From NCBI GenBank assembly GCA_937899245.1, contig CALDKB010000050.1, positions 2,179-66,178 of the forward strand: DNA of 64,000 nt, given 5' to 3'. Origin of the DNA: an uncultured Bacteroidales bacterium (GTDB lineage: Bacteria; Bacteroidota; Bacteroidia; Bacteroidales; ML635J-15). The position numbers and the translations under genes were made by a program. Positions 8,772 to 17,401 of this stretch are shown piece after piece. Numbering within the stretch: the first letter of the stretch is position 1; every line of letters begins with the position of its first letter. The notes beneath the pieces are model-generated. The model was not told the DNA's origin and made no database searches. It saw only the letters and a list, made by a program, of their open reading frames with translations.

Positions 8772-11191
8772 TAAAATTTAAAGTTCCATGTTACAGCTGG
8801 CAGAATCGGAATAATAGACAGCTGCTTTGCCATAGTCTTATAAGTACCATCCTGCACATTGCCAGTATGGTAAACATAAATAAAGTATGGATTCTTGTGA
8901 TTGTAAACATTATAAATGGAGAAGTTCCACGACGACTCCCAGCGTTCGCGCTTTTTGGCAACGTATGTCAGCGAAAGATCCAAGCGATGATACGAAGGCA
9001 TTCTATACGAATTGCGTTTCCCATACTCATTAATTAGTTCGCCATCAACCATATATGTCGACACAGGCAAAGTTGTTGTATTTCCACTTGCAAAAACGAA
9101 TACTGCCGAAGCCGTAAGTTTCTCCGTTATCTGATATGTCGCAGTAACTGACAGATCGTGACGTCTGTCGTATTTTGCTGGGAATGGCTCACCGTTGTCA
9201 ATTTCATCAAAGATCTTGTTTGTCCGCGACCAAGTGTAGCCAATCCAACCTGTAAAAAGTCCGATGCGCTTCTTGAAGAAGAATTCCACGCCGTACGAAT
9301 AACCGTTTCCAAAAATAAAATAATTGTCTGCATTATCGTTGATATCATCACCAGGCATAGCGCCATCCATATATTCAATCTGGTTCTGCAAAGTCTTATA
9401 ATAAACCTCGATAGAACCCTCGTACTTGTCGTCGAATAGATTTTGGAAATAACCTAGCGCATACTGGCTACCTTTCTGCGGCTTAACAACATCGCTACAA
9501 GCCACCCACAAATCGATTGGCAAGGTCGTTGCCGACAAGGATGCAAGATGGATATACTGAGAATTGCGCATATACGAAGCCTTCAGTGAAATATTGTCAG
9601 TTATCGATGCCTTGAACGATGCCCTTGGCTCCAAATCCCAGTAGAAAGCCACCGGCTGGTTTGCCCGATATCGAATCTCATCTACAGTATTCTGCATGAA
9701 ATCATCCTTGATATAACGTGTAAACGGTCCAACCTGAACGAAATACGAATTGCGCAAGCCAAGATATAGAGAAAAACGATCGTTAATCTTGAAATCATCG
9801 CCTATATAAACACCAACTTCGTGTGCGAATTGCGTATTGTTATTTGCAAAACCATCTCCGTAGCCTAGCGTGGTATCGGATATTTCGGCCGTCAATGTGT
9901 TTGGTGTAAACTTATGATGAGTATACTGGACACCAAACTTCACTGTATTTTTAGGATCAGCAAGCCATGTAAAGTCCTGCTTTGCATTCCAGTCGTTGAT
10001 TCCGGAATTCTGCTTTATAGAAAAGCCTGATTCTTCCGAAGTTGTTCCATCCTCATTTTCCTCGACAAGAGTCAACATGCTAATTGCTGTCTTAAACTTA
10101 TAGTTCGACCAAATTACACTTGTATTAGAAAACAGCTTACTATTAAACACATGATTATAACGCAAGCACACGAATCCGTTTCCCCAAGGGATATCCATGT
10201 CGAGTCCCATCTCCTTGCTGCCAAACTTAAATTTGTCGTATCCGTAATAGCCGCTGAGGAAAAGACGATTATTATCGTTGATAATCCAGTTGGCCTTGGC
10301 ATTAAGGTCGAAGAAATAATATCCGGAAGAGCGGAACAAAGAAGTTTTCTTTGTAAAAGGACGTATAAGCGCATCAATATATGTCCTTCGTGCCGACAAT
10401 ATTACCGACGCCTTATCCTTTACAATTGGGCCCTGTGCAGTTAAACGCGTAGATACCGTACCGATTCCGCCCTCAAGATGCCATTCCTTCATATTGCCGT
10501 TTTTCATCGAAATGTTTAGCACAGAACTTATTCGTCCGCCAAACTCAGCAGGCATTCCACCCTTGTACATTTCCATATCCTTTACGGCATCGGCATTGAA
10601 GACAGAAAAGAAGCCGAACAAATGCGAAGCATTGTAAACAGTAGCCTCATCGAGCAGGATTAAATTCTGATCAGGGCCACCGCCACGGACATAAAAACCG
10701 GCATTACCATCGCCTGCCGACTGAACGCCAGGCATCAACTGTATCGTCTTCAGCACATCCACCTCGCCCATGAACGCAGGCAATGTCTTGACGGTTTCAA
10801 CCGGCAGACGCACAACGCTCATCTGGCTGCTCTGAACATTGACCTTACGTTCGGCACTAACCACAACCTCCTGCGTCATAATGGCCGCCACAGCAAGCAT
10901 TGCCGTATAGCTCTTATCTGCACGCAAGTCAAAATGCACAGTGTCGTCCTGATAGCCGACATACGAAAATACAACGTCGTACGAACCTTTCTCCAGCGTC
11001 AAGGAATAGAATCCGTATGCATTGGCACTTGCACCTATTGTCTGCCCTACAACCATAGCATTTGCCCCAATAAGCTCCTCCCCGGTCGCTTTGTCCTTAA
11101 TGTATCCGCTGATGGTATATTTCTGCGAAAACACAAGTTGTGGCAACAATATGATTAGCAAAAAGATAATATGTCTTTTAAGAATTTTCAT
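8771..11191 (-). CDS. TonB-dependent receptor with N-terminal carboxypeptidase-regulatory-like domain
   Basis: Signal peptide, ISGYIKDKATGEELIGANAMV (CarboxypepD_reg), plug region, long beta-barrel, C-terminal aromatic WNFKF. Confidence 0.85.
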   Translation of the reverse strand: MKILKRHIIFLLIILLPQLVFSQKYTISGYIKDKATGEELIGANAMVVGQTIGASANAYGFYSLTLEKGSYDVVFSYVGYQDDTVHFDLRADKSYTAMLAVAAIMTQEVVVSAERKVNVQSSQMSVVRLPVETVKTLPAFMGEVDVLKTIQLMPGVQSAGDGNAGFYVRGGGPDQNLILLDEATVYNASHLFGFFSVFNADAVKDMEMYKGGMPAEFGGRISSVLNISMKNGNMKEWHLEGGIGTVSTRLTAQGPIVKDKASVILSARRTYIDALIRPFTKKTSLFRSSGYYFFDLNAKANWIINDNNRLFLSGYYGYDKFKFGSKEMGLDMDIPWGNGFVCLRYNHVFNSKLFSNTSVIWSNYKFKTAISMLTLVEENEDGTTSEESGFSIKQNSGINDWNAKQDFTWLADPKNTVKFGVQYTHHKFTPNTLTAEISDTTLGYGDGFANNNTQFAHEVGVYIGDDFKINDRFSLYLGLRNSYFVQVGPFTRYIKDDFMQNTVDEIRYRANQPVAFYWDLEPRASFKASITDNISLKASYMRNSQYIHLASLSATTLPIDLWVACSDVVKPQKGSQYALGYFQNLFDDKYEGSIEVYYKTLQNQIEYMDGAMPGDDINDNADNYFIFGNGYSYGVEFFFKKRIGLFTGWIGYTWSRTNKIFDEIDNGEPFPAKYDRRHDLSVTATYQITEKLTASAVFVFASGNTTTLPVSTYMVDGELINEYGKRNSYRMPSYHRLDLSLTYVAKKRERWESSWNFSIYNVYNHKNPYFIYVYHTGNVQDGTYKTMAKQLSIIPILPAVTWNFKF

Positions 11192-11209
11192 CCCGTTCCA
11201 TTAGGTTGG

Positions 11210-11217
11210 CAAAACTA
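11210..11217 (-). promoter_or_regulatory. Bacteroidetes -7 box (TAGTTTTG) for the TonB receptor operon
   Basis: The reverse complement reads TAgtTTTG, 19 nt upstream of the ATG at 11191. Confidence 0.5.
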
Positions 11218-11425
11218 TAAAATATATCAGTAGCATTTATTTTTTTAACGCAATTTTAAGGTATAATTTACTGATAATAGCATAAATGCCAACTTCTGAA
11301 CTGTCCGCAAGCAGGCAAAGGTACCGGACTTGAAAACAAACATATTTTTCAATTCTCAAAAAAAATCTCCATCATATCATAAAATTTACTATCTTGCGTT
11401 CTTTTAGTAAATTCTTTTCTATTCA

Positions 11426-12919
11426 ATGAAGAAACATCTTTTTATAGTTGCGATATGCCTGCTTTCAGGTTTTCAATCATTTGCCGGACTTGAAGTGTAT
11501 TTTACATATTCAAAATTCAACTCGCCTCAAGGCCAATACATTGAAACATACATGAGCACAATTGGCTCGTCAGCAACACTAAAGCAGAACGCCAACGGTA
11601 AATTCCAATCGGAAATTGAAATCTTAATGACCTTCAAGATTGGCGATTCCATAACAAATTTTGAAAAATACATTCTCCGCGGACCAGAAATTGCCGACAC
11701 CAACGGAACAATTCCAAATTTTATCGATGTTCAGCGCATAAACCTGCCAAACGGTTCATACACATTCGACATAAGCATCCGCGACATCAACAGCGAAAAA
11801 CCGCCATACTGCTTTAGCGACACGATAAACATGAACTTTGGCGAACAACTGCAATTCAGCGACATAGAACTTATCGAAAGCTACGCCAAAGCAAGCAACG
11901 AATCGCAGATAACCAAGAGCGGTTACGACCTGGTTCCGTATGTCGCAAACTTCTTGCCGGCAAACATGAACTCATTGAAATTTTATGTGGAGACATACAA
12001 TTCCAACAAGTCGCTAAACGGAGACTTCGTACTGAAATATCATATAGACGAGTACCCGTCGGGCAATGAAATTGCATCATGCAGCCGTTTCAAGAAAATG
12101 AAACAGGCAGAAGTTGTACCTTTTATCGGAGAACTTAACATCGAAAAACTTCCGAGCGGCAACTACAACCTCGTCGTTGAAGCTGTCAGCCAAAACAACG
12201 AAATCGTCTGCTCGACACGCTTTTTCTTTCAGCGCCAAAACGAAAAAATATACAGCTCTGCAGAATACGCCGAGCGCGCACAGCAATTTGACCTAAACAA
12301 CTCTTTCGCCGGCGACATGAATTCACGCGATTCGCTGGTATTTTACATAAAGTCATTACGACCAGTAGCAAATGTTTACGAACGTCCATTCATCGACAAC
12401 CAACTTCGCAAGGCAGACATTGCGACCATGCAAAAGTACTTTGTAGAATTTTGGGTAAAGAGAAACTACGTGAACCCCGAAAACGAATGGTACCAGTACA
12501 AAAAGCAAGTAGAAAAAGTCGAAAGGAACTACGCCACAACAATCCGTCATGGATTTGAAACAGACAGGGGCGTTATTTATTTGCAATACGGCGTTCCAAA
12601 CCATATTTTCCAATCGCCATTGGAGGCAGGCGCATATCCTTACGAAATATGGCAGTACTACCGCATTGGCGAAGAGAACAACTGCAAGTTCGTGTTCTAC
12701 AATCCAAGTCTTGTCGGCGAAAATTTCGAATTGCTCCACTCGAACAAACAGGGCGAAGTACAGACCTTCAACTGGACACAATATCTTGCGCGCAGCAAGA
12801 GCACCTCGTACGGAATCACCGACACGTACAACTCAACCGACTTTTCGGCATCCGGATATGACTTGCACACGTTTACTAACGACTGGGAACGTCGTGCAAT
12901 TGAAGAATTTAACAAATAA
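11426..12919 (+). CDS. GWxTD domain-containing protein
   Basis: Signal peptide. The C-terminal region has GFETDRGVIYLQYGVPN and YPYEIWQYY, matching the GWxTD-domain pattern. Confidence 0.65.
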   Translation: MKKHLFIVAICLLSGFQSFAGLEVYFTYSKFNSPQGQYIETYMSTIGSSATLKQNANGKFQSEIEILMTFKIGDSITNFEKYILRGPEIADTNGTIPNFIDVQRINLPNGSYTFDISIRDINSEKPPYCFSDTINMNFGEQLQFSDIELIESYAKASNESQITKSGYDLVPYVANFLPANMNSLKFYVETYNSNKSLNGDFVLKYHIDEYPSGNEIASCSRFKKMKQAEVVPFIGELNIEKLPSGNYNLVVEAVSQNNEIVCSTRFFFQRQNEKIYSSAEYAERAQQFDLNNSFAGDMNSRDSLVFYIKSLRPVANVYERPFIDNQLRKADIATMQKYFVEFWVKRNYVNPENEWYQYKKQVEKVERNYATTIRHGFETDRGVIYLQYGVPNHIFQSPLEAGAYPYEIWQYYRIGEENNCKFVFYNPSLVGENFELLHSNKQGEVQTFNWTQYLARSKSTSYGITDTYNSTDFSASGYDLHTFTNDWERRAIEEFNK

Positions 12920-12923
12920 CAAT

Positions 12924-13844
12924 ATGACACCGAAGGTTATAGAGGGGAATATCGGAAAGTTCGTGTTTTTCCCAGAAGAAACAGACACAATAATTAGCAA
13001 GAGCGAAAGATCTACCGTATATATCGGTGCAAATGTCGACACTAAGGAAAAGGTAATACTGAAAAAGTTATCGACGGAAATGTTCGGCAACAATGCGCAA
13101 AGATTCAAATTCTTCGCCACAGTTGCCACTGAAGCAAAACTCGACGGTCTAGTAAATGTCAACGACATAATCTTCGAGGACAGCGATATATATCTGGTAT
13201 GCGAATACATATCGGGGCGCACGCTAAAGGAACTCATCTACGACCCGAAACTTATGGATTATCGCAACGACGTATTTTTCCTTCGCATAATTTCAAATTG
13301 CCTTGAAACCCTATCAATGATTCACAAACTGAAACTTAGCCACGGCAACTTGCGTCCGGAAAACATCATTGTACAATGGGATGACTGCGAGGAATTCGAT
13401 TTCATGCACCCGACAGCAAAAATTCTTAGTCTAGAAAGCATAAAGCTTGGATTCAAGGCGATGCCGTTGCTCCGCGAACCGCAGGACACCCTGTATCAAA
13501 GTCCCGAGCAACTCCTAGGATTCGAAGATCTTGTTGGTGATTATAGCGACATCTACAGCATGGGGTTAATACTTTACGAAGCTATTGCCCGCGAACCTGT
13601 ATATGCTCCAGATAAACCACTAGTAAAGCGGCAGCAGGTATTCGGAAAAATAGAAAAGCACTATCGCACCGACGAAAACGTTTACAAGGTAATTGAAAAG
13701 GCAACCGTTAAGCCTCTTCCGTTTGTTCCTGCAGCAATAAGCGAAAACGCACAGAAAATGATGGTTGTAAAGTCTCTTAACGACAGATACCAGACAACCA
13801 CAGACTTCAAGAACGATGTTGACACTCTTATTCAAACAATTTAA
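12924..13844 (+). CDS. protein-kinase-fold protein with degenerate catalytic motifs (putative pseudokinase)
   Basis: Kinase subdomain landmarks: VILKKL (VAIK-like Lys), LVCEYISGRTLKE, HGNLRPENIIV (HRDLKPxN with D->N), SLE in place of DFG, YQSPEQL (APE-like), DIYSMGLILYE. Start set at ATG 12924. The ORF-track start at 12549 overlaps the GWxTD gene in another frame. Confidence 0.65.
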   Translation: MTPKVIEGNIGKFVFFPEETDTIISKSERSTVYIGANVDTKEKVILKKLSTEMFGNNAQRFKFFATVATEAKLDGLVNVNDIIFEDSDIYLVCEYISGRTLKELIYDPKLMDYRNDVFFLRIISNCLETLSMIHKLKLSHGNLRPENIIVQWDDCEEFDFMHPTAKILSLESIKLGFKAMPLLREPQDTLYQSPEQLLGFEDLVGDYSDIYSMGLILYEAIAREPVYAPDKPLVKRQQVFGKIEKHYRTDENVYKVIEKATVKPLPFVPAAISENAQKMMVVKSLNDRYQTTTDFKNDVDTLIQTI

Positions 13845-13878
13845 ATAGCACTAATACTAACCTTAAAAACTTAAAGAC

Positions 13879-14580
13879 ATGACAATTGAGGAAAAAAACA
13901 AAATTCAGAAGAAATGGGACACCGAAATCAAGTCTCTTAATTCTTGGAGCATGTTCAAGATTATGGGCGAACTAGTAAACGGTTTCGACCACTACGAGAA
14001 ATTAGGCCCATGCGTTGCAATATTCGGTTCGGCAAGAACAAAAGAAGACAATCCATACTACATTGGCGCAGAAGAAACTGCATACCAACTTGTACAGAAA
14101 GGATACGGTATTATCACCGGCGGCGGTCCTGGCATCATGGAAGCCGGTAACCGCGGAGCTCAGCGAGGCGGCGGAACATCGGCTGGCTGCAATATCGTTC
14201 TCGAATTCGAACAAGCCGCCAACAAGTACATCGACACCGACAAGCTTTGCACATTCGACTACTTCTTCACACGTAAGACAATGTTCATGCGTTACGCACA
14301 AGGTTTCATCATCTTCCCAGGCGGATTTGGAACTTTCGACGAACTTTTCGAAGCTGTTACTCTTATCCAAACTAAGAAAATCGCGAAATTCCCAATTATC
14401 CTTTTCGGATCAAAATATTGGACAGGTCTTTTCGAATGGGTAAAGGAATTTGTCCTGAATCAGGAACACAATATTTCGCCTAAAGACCTTGAAATCTACA
14501 ACATTGTTGACACTCCAGAAGAAGCAGTAAAGATTATCGAAGATTTCTACAAGAACTACGACCACAAGCCAAATTTCTAA
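13879..14580 (+). CDS. LOG family / TIGR00730 Rossmann-fold nucleotide-binding protein
   Basis: GGGPGIMEAGNRGA and PGGFGTFDELFE motifs. Confidence 0.85.
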   Translation: MTIEEKNKIQKKWDTEIKSLNSWSMFKIMGELVNGFDHYEKLGPCVAIFGSARTKEDNPYYIGAEETAYQLVQKGYGIITGGGPGIMEAGNRGAQRGGGTSAGCNIVLEFEQAANKYIDTDKLCTFDYFFTRKTMFMRYAQGFIIFPGGFGTFDELFEAVTLIQTKKIAKFPIILFGSKYWTGLFEWVKEFVLNQEHNISPKDLEIYNIVDTPEEAVKIIEDFYKNYDHKPNF

Positions 14581-14593
14581 TCAAAAACAATAC

Positions 14594-14619
14594 GATGGCG
14601 ACAAATGTCGCCATCTTTT
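14594..14619 (+). terminator. rho-independent terminator
   Basis: GATGGCGAC-aaat-GTCGCCATC followed by TTTT. Confidence 0.75.
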
Positions 14620-14633
14620 AAATCAACCCTGCA

Positions 14634-15359
14634 ATGAAAAAAATTTCCCGTTTCGTAGCTACGTTCTTAATGGCATTGTCTCTGACATCAATGGCAATGG
14701 CCCAGGAAACAGAAAACAACACAACCCGTGAAAACGTCAGCGTTACAGCATATGTTTCATGCGGAACCCAATACATAAACTTGGGCAACCTGAATAACGA
14801 ACTGAGATCGATAAGCTATAGCAGTTTTTCAAACTTCAACGTCCTGACAGGACTTGGCGCCGATGTTGCAATATTCAACCGCTGGATTATCGGCGTCGAA
14901 TGGGACCATTGCAAAAATACAGCATCATCGATAAACACTGACCTAATGCTGAAAGCAGACATGTCTGGCTCACGCACAATGATTCGCTTCGGCTACAATG
15001 CCATACATCGCGAAAAATTCAACTTCTTCCCGGAGATTGGCTTTGGCGGAAACTTGATAAACCTCAAGACCCACAATGTAAGCCTCGACTCCACGTCAAT
15101 GAATTTTTCACAGGCATTCCAAACTAACGACGGCAACAAAATTACATACACTAACTCGTTCATCAACGTCGGTGCCGGCATCGACTTCACAATCAGGGAC
15201 GGAGAAGACGCCAAAGGTGGCTGTCGAATTGGACTTCGCTGCGGATATATGATTGGCGTAAGCAAATCATGGCGCAACAGCCTTCAGGACATAACCGGGC
15301 CAAACATAAATCCAAATATGTTCTATCTGAAACTGACGCTAGGATTCACAACTAGATAG
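14634..15359 (+). CDS. hypothetical outer-membrane beta-barrel-like protein
   Basis: Signal peptide (SMAMAQE), alternating hydrophobic/polar strands, glycine-rich turns. Confidence 0.45.
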   Translation: MKKISRFVATFLMALSLTSMAMAQETENNTTRENVSVTAYVSCGTQYINLGNLNNELRSISYSSFSNFNVLTGLGADVAIFNRWIIGVEWDHCKNTASSINTDLMLKADMSGSRTMIRFGYNAIHREKFNFFPEIGFGGNLINLKTHNVSLDSTSMNFSQAFQTNDGNKITYTNSFINVGAGIDFTIRDGEDAKGGCRIGLRCGYMIGVSKSWRNSLQDITGPNINPNMFYLKLTLGFTTR

Positions 15360-17391
15360 TTACAATTCCAACCGGCTCGTCATTACCACTTCTGACATTG
15401 GCAACAGAAAATTCCTTTTGCTTGCAATTCTTGAAATATAACAACTGTGGATTTGTAATTTCCGTCTGCGGTATAACTCCACAATGAATCAAAGTCTTCA
15501 ATCTTTCAAAATAACTTGAATCGCAACCTTCGATAACGCCAAGGCCAGAAATAGTCACATTCTTGATTTTTTCTCCAATCAAAAGAGCATATTTTCCATC
15601 AACAGCATCGTAATCAAGCGGATTTGACGAGGCCACAAGAATTGCACCTTCATCGAGCAGAATGCTGACATTGGAACGCAAATGTATGCTTCCTACCAAA
15701 TAACGCCCTACCTTGAACACAAGCCTTCCTCCGCCCTTTTCGGCAATATAATCTATAGCTTTCTGGACTGAACTTGTATTAAGCGTTACGCCATCCGACT
15801 TGATGCCAAACATCGAAGCATTGTAGTCGTTTCCCATTGGTTTCGGTTGCTCGACATTTCCCGAATTTGAACTCGGCAAAACAGCATTCGCACTTGCCTT
15901 CGATTGGACAACCTGATTCTTGCCGACAGCATTAGGTTCCTCAATATCAACATCTTCCATGACAAGATTATTCGCATCATCAGCGACAATACACGGACGA
16001 TAATCGTTATCGACTAGGCGCAACCTCACATTTTTCATCACAATTCCGTCTGCATGACGAATATAGAAGCCCCAGGCCGGCAATTCCTTCCAGCACGAAA
16101 ATTCAGGATACTGCTTCTCGCGCTCCGGAATTTCAGATAACGCCTCATCGGTACATGCTTGATATGCATACTTCATATCTGTTTTACCCGGATATACGAT
16201 TTCAATGTTTTCTAGACGCACATTTTCAATGCGATGTCCCGGAACTCCGACGATGCTGCTCGGACTTACATTACGCGGCAAATCCTCAACAGGACCTTCG
16301 TAGCTATAACCAGCATCCGCCTTATCAAAAGGCACTTCGGCATACATATTTTTTATGACAATATCCTTCAAGCATGGCTCGACCTTGCCTGTGTTTCTAC
16401 TTGCGAAACGCAAGAATATCGGATTTCCAGTATTTATGCTCCGAAGCCCATCTATTTCGACATCCTCGACAGCGCCACCATCCACACTTGCTATGGTAAC
16501 TGCAGAACGATAAGTGTCGAAAATCGTAATATTCTTAAAGCGGAAATGACGGAAAATGCCGCGTGTCATAGTGCCGAACTTTATTCCATTTGCACTTGAA
16601 CGTCCGACACAATTTTCAACATACACATTTTCGCTCACACCGTCAACACTATGACTTTTAAAGCAATACACATCGTCAGCAGCATCCATGTAGCAGTTGC
16701 GGATAATCACGTCGGAGCAATCTACAACGTCAATGCCATCGTTGTTCCAATATGATTTCGAATCGACGGTGACATTCTCCACAAGCAAATGCCGGCACTG
16801 GTCGTACTGCTGATTCCAGCTTGCAGGATTTCTCAATGTTATTCCCTGTATTAGAATGCTGTCGCACTCGCGAAAATGAATATTTTCCGGACGATTCCCT
16901 TCATTTGGACGATCATATTTCAACGGATCATTGACTACGCCCTGATGAATAAGCTGAACCATATTATTCGCGACTTCAAAACCACGGCAATCTATTGTTC
17001 CACCACCAATAATCCCAATGTTATTCTGCTTCACCGCAAAAATAAACGACGTCCATCGGCAATACGAATCTTTTACATAATCCAAAGGATTAAGCGAGCC
17101 AAGCAAGGTTGCACCCTTTTCAAGACATAGGAACACATTGCTTTTCAAATAAATAGACCCACAGACATACCGCCCCGCAGAAAACACAACACGACCTCCA
17201 CCTCGACTTGCTGCCGAATCTATCGCCTTCTGAATACTTTTAGTATTCAGTGTTACACCATCTGGCACCGCTCCAAAATCACGGACATTAAAATCATTAC
17301 CACGAATAGTTGCACCAGCAAAAAAGTCTTGTGCATTACAAGTTGTAACAACTGTTAAAAATATAAGTAATAGAAATAAAATGTTTTTCAT
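15352..17391 (-). CDS. glycoside hydrolase family 28 (polygalacturonase-like) with an extra C-terminal partial copy of its own N-terminal module
   Basis: Signal peptide. Beta-helix motifs WNNDGIDVV, ADDVYCFKS and SANGIKFG. Residues 39-105 and 528-594 are clear paralogous copies. The stop overlaps the convergent gene by 8 nt. Confidence 0.75.
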   Translation of the reverse strand: MKNILFLLLIFLTVVTTCNAQDFFAGATIRGNDFNVRDFGAVPDGVTLNTKSIQKAIDSAASRGGGRVVFSAGRYVCGSIYLKSNVFLCLEKGATLLGSLNPLDYVKDSYCRWTSFIFAVKQNNIGIIGGGTIDCRGFEVANNMVQLIHQGVVNDPLKYDRPNEGNRPENIHFRECDSILIQGITLRNPASWNQQYDQCRHLLVENVTVDSKSYWNNDGIDVVDCSDVIIRNCYMDAADDVYCFKSHSVDGVSENVYVENCVGRSSANGIKFGTMTRGIFRHFRFKNITIFDTYRSAVTIASVDGGAVEDVEIDGLRSINTGNPIFLRFASRNTGKVEPCLKDIVIKNMYAEVPFDKADAGYSYEGPVEDLPRNVSPSSIVGVPGHRIENVRLENIEIVYPGKTDMKYAYQACTDEALSEIPEREKQYPEFSCWKELPAWGFYIRHADGIVMKNVRLRLVDNDYRPCIVADDANNLVMEDVDIEEPNAVGKNQVVQSKASANAVLPSSNSGNVEQPKPMGNDYNASMFGIKSDGVTLNTSSVQKAIDYIAEKGGGRLVFKVGRYLVGSIHLRSNVSILLDEGAILVASSNPLDYDAVDGKYALLIGEKIKNVTISGLGVIEGCDSSYFERLKTLIHCGVIPQTEITNPQLLYFKNCKQKEFSVANVRSGNDEPVGIVTI

Positions 17392-17401
17392 AGTTCTTCG
17401 T

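Noticed and set aside
11226-11300. Two interleaved 8-bp inverted repeats (TATCAGTA/TACTGATA and GCATTTAT/ATAAATGC) upstream of the TonB receptor, considered as a possible riboswitch or pseudoknot
   Set aside because: The A-B-A'-B' order does not give a simple hairpin. The region is AT-rich, I recognise no known riboswitch core (for example a B12 box), and the repeats lie upstream of the predicted -7 box, so they would not be transcribed.
12549-12923. N-terminal extension of the kinase-like ORF (track start at 12549)
   Set aside because: It overlaps the last 370 nt of the GWxTD gene in another frame, and its product is Arg/Thr/Ser-rich. The ATG at 12924, 4 nt after the GWxTD stop, gives a sensible kinase-domain start.
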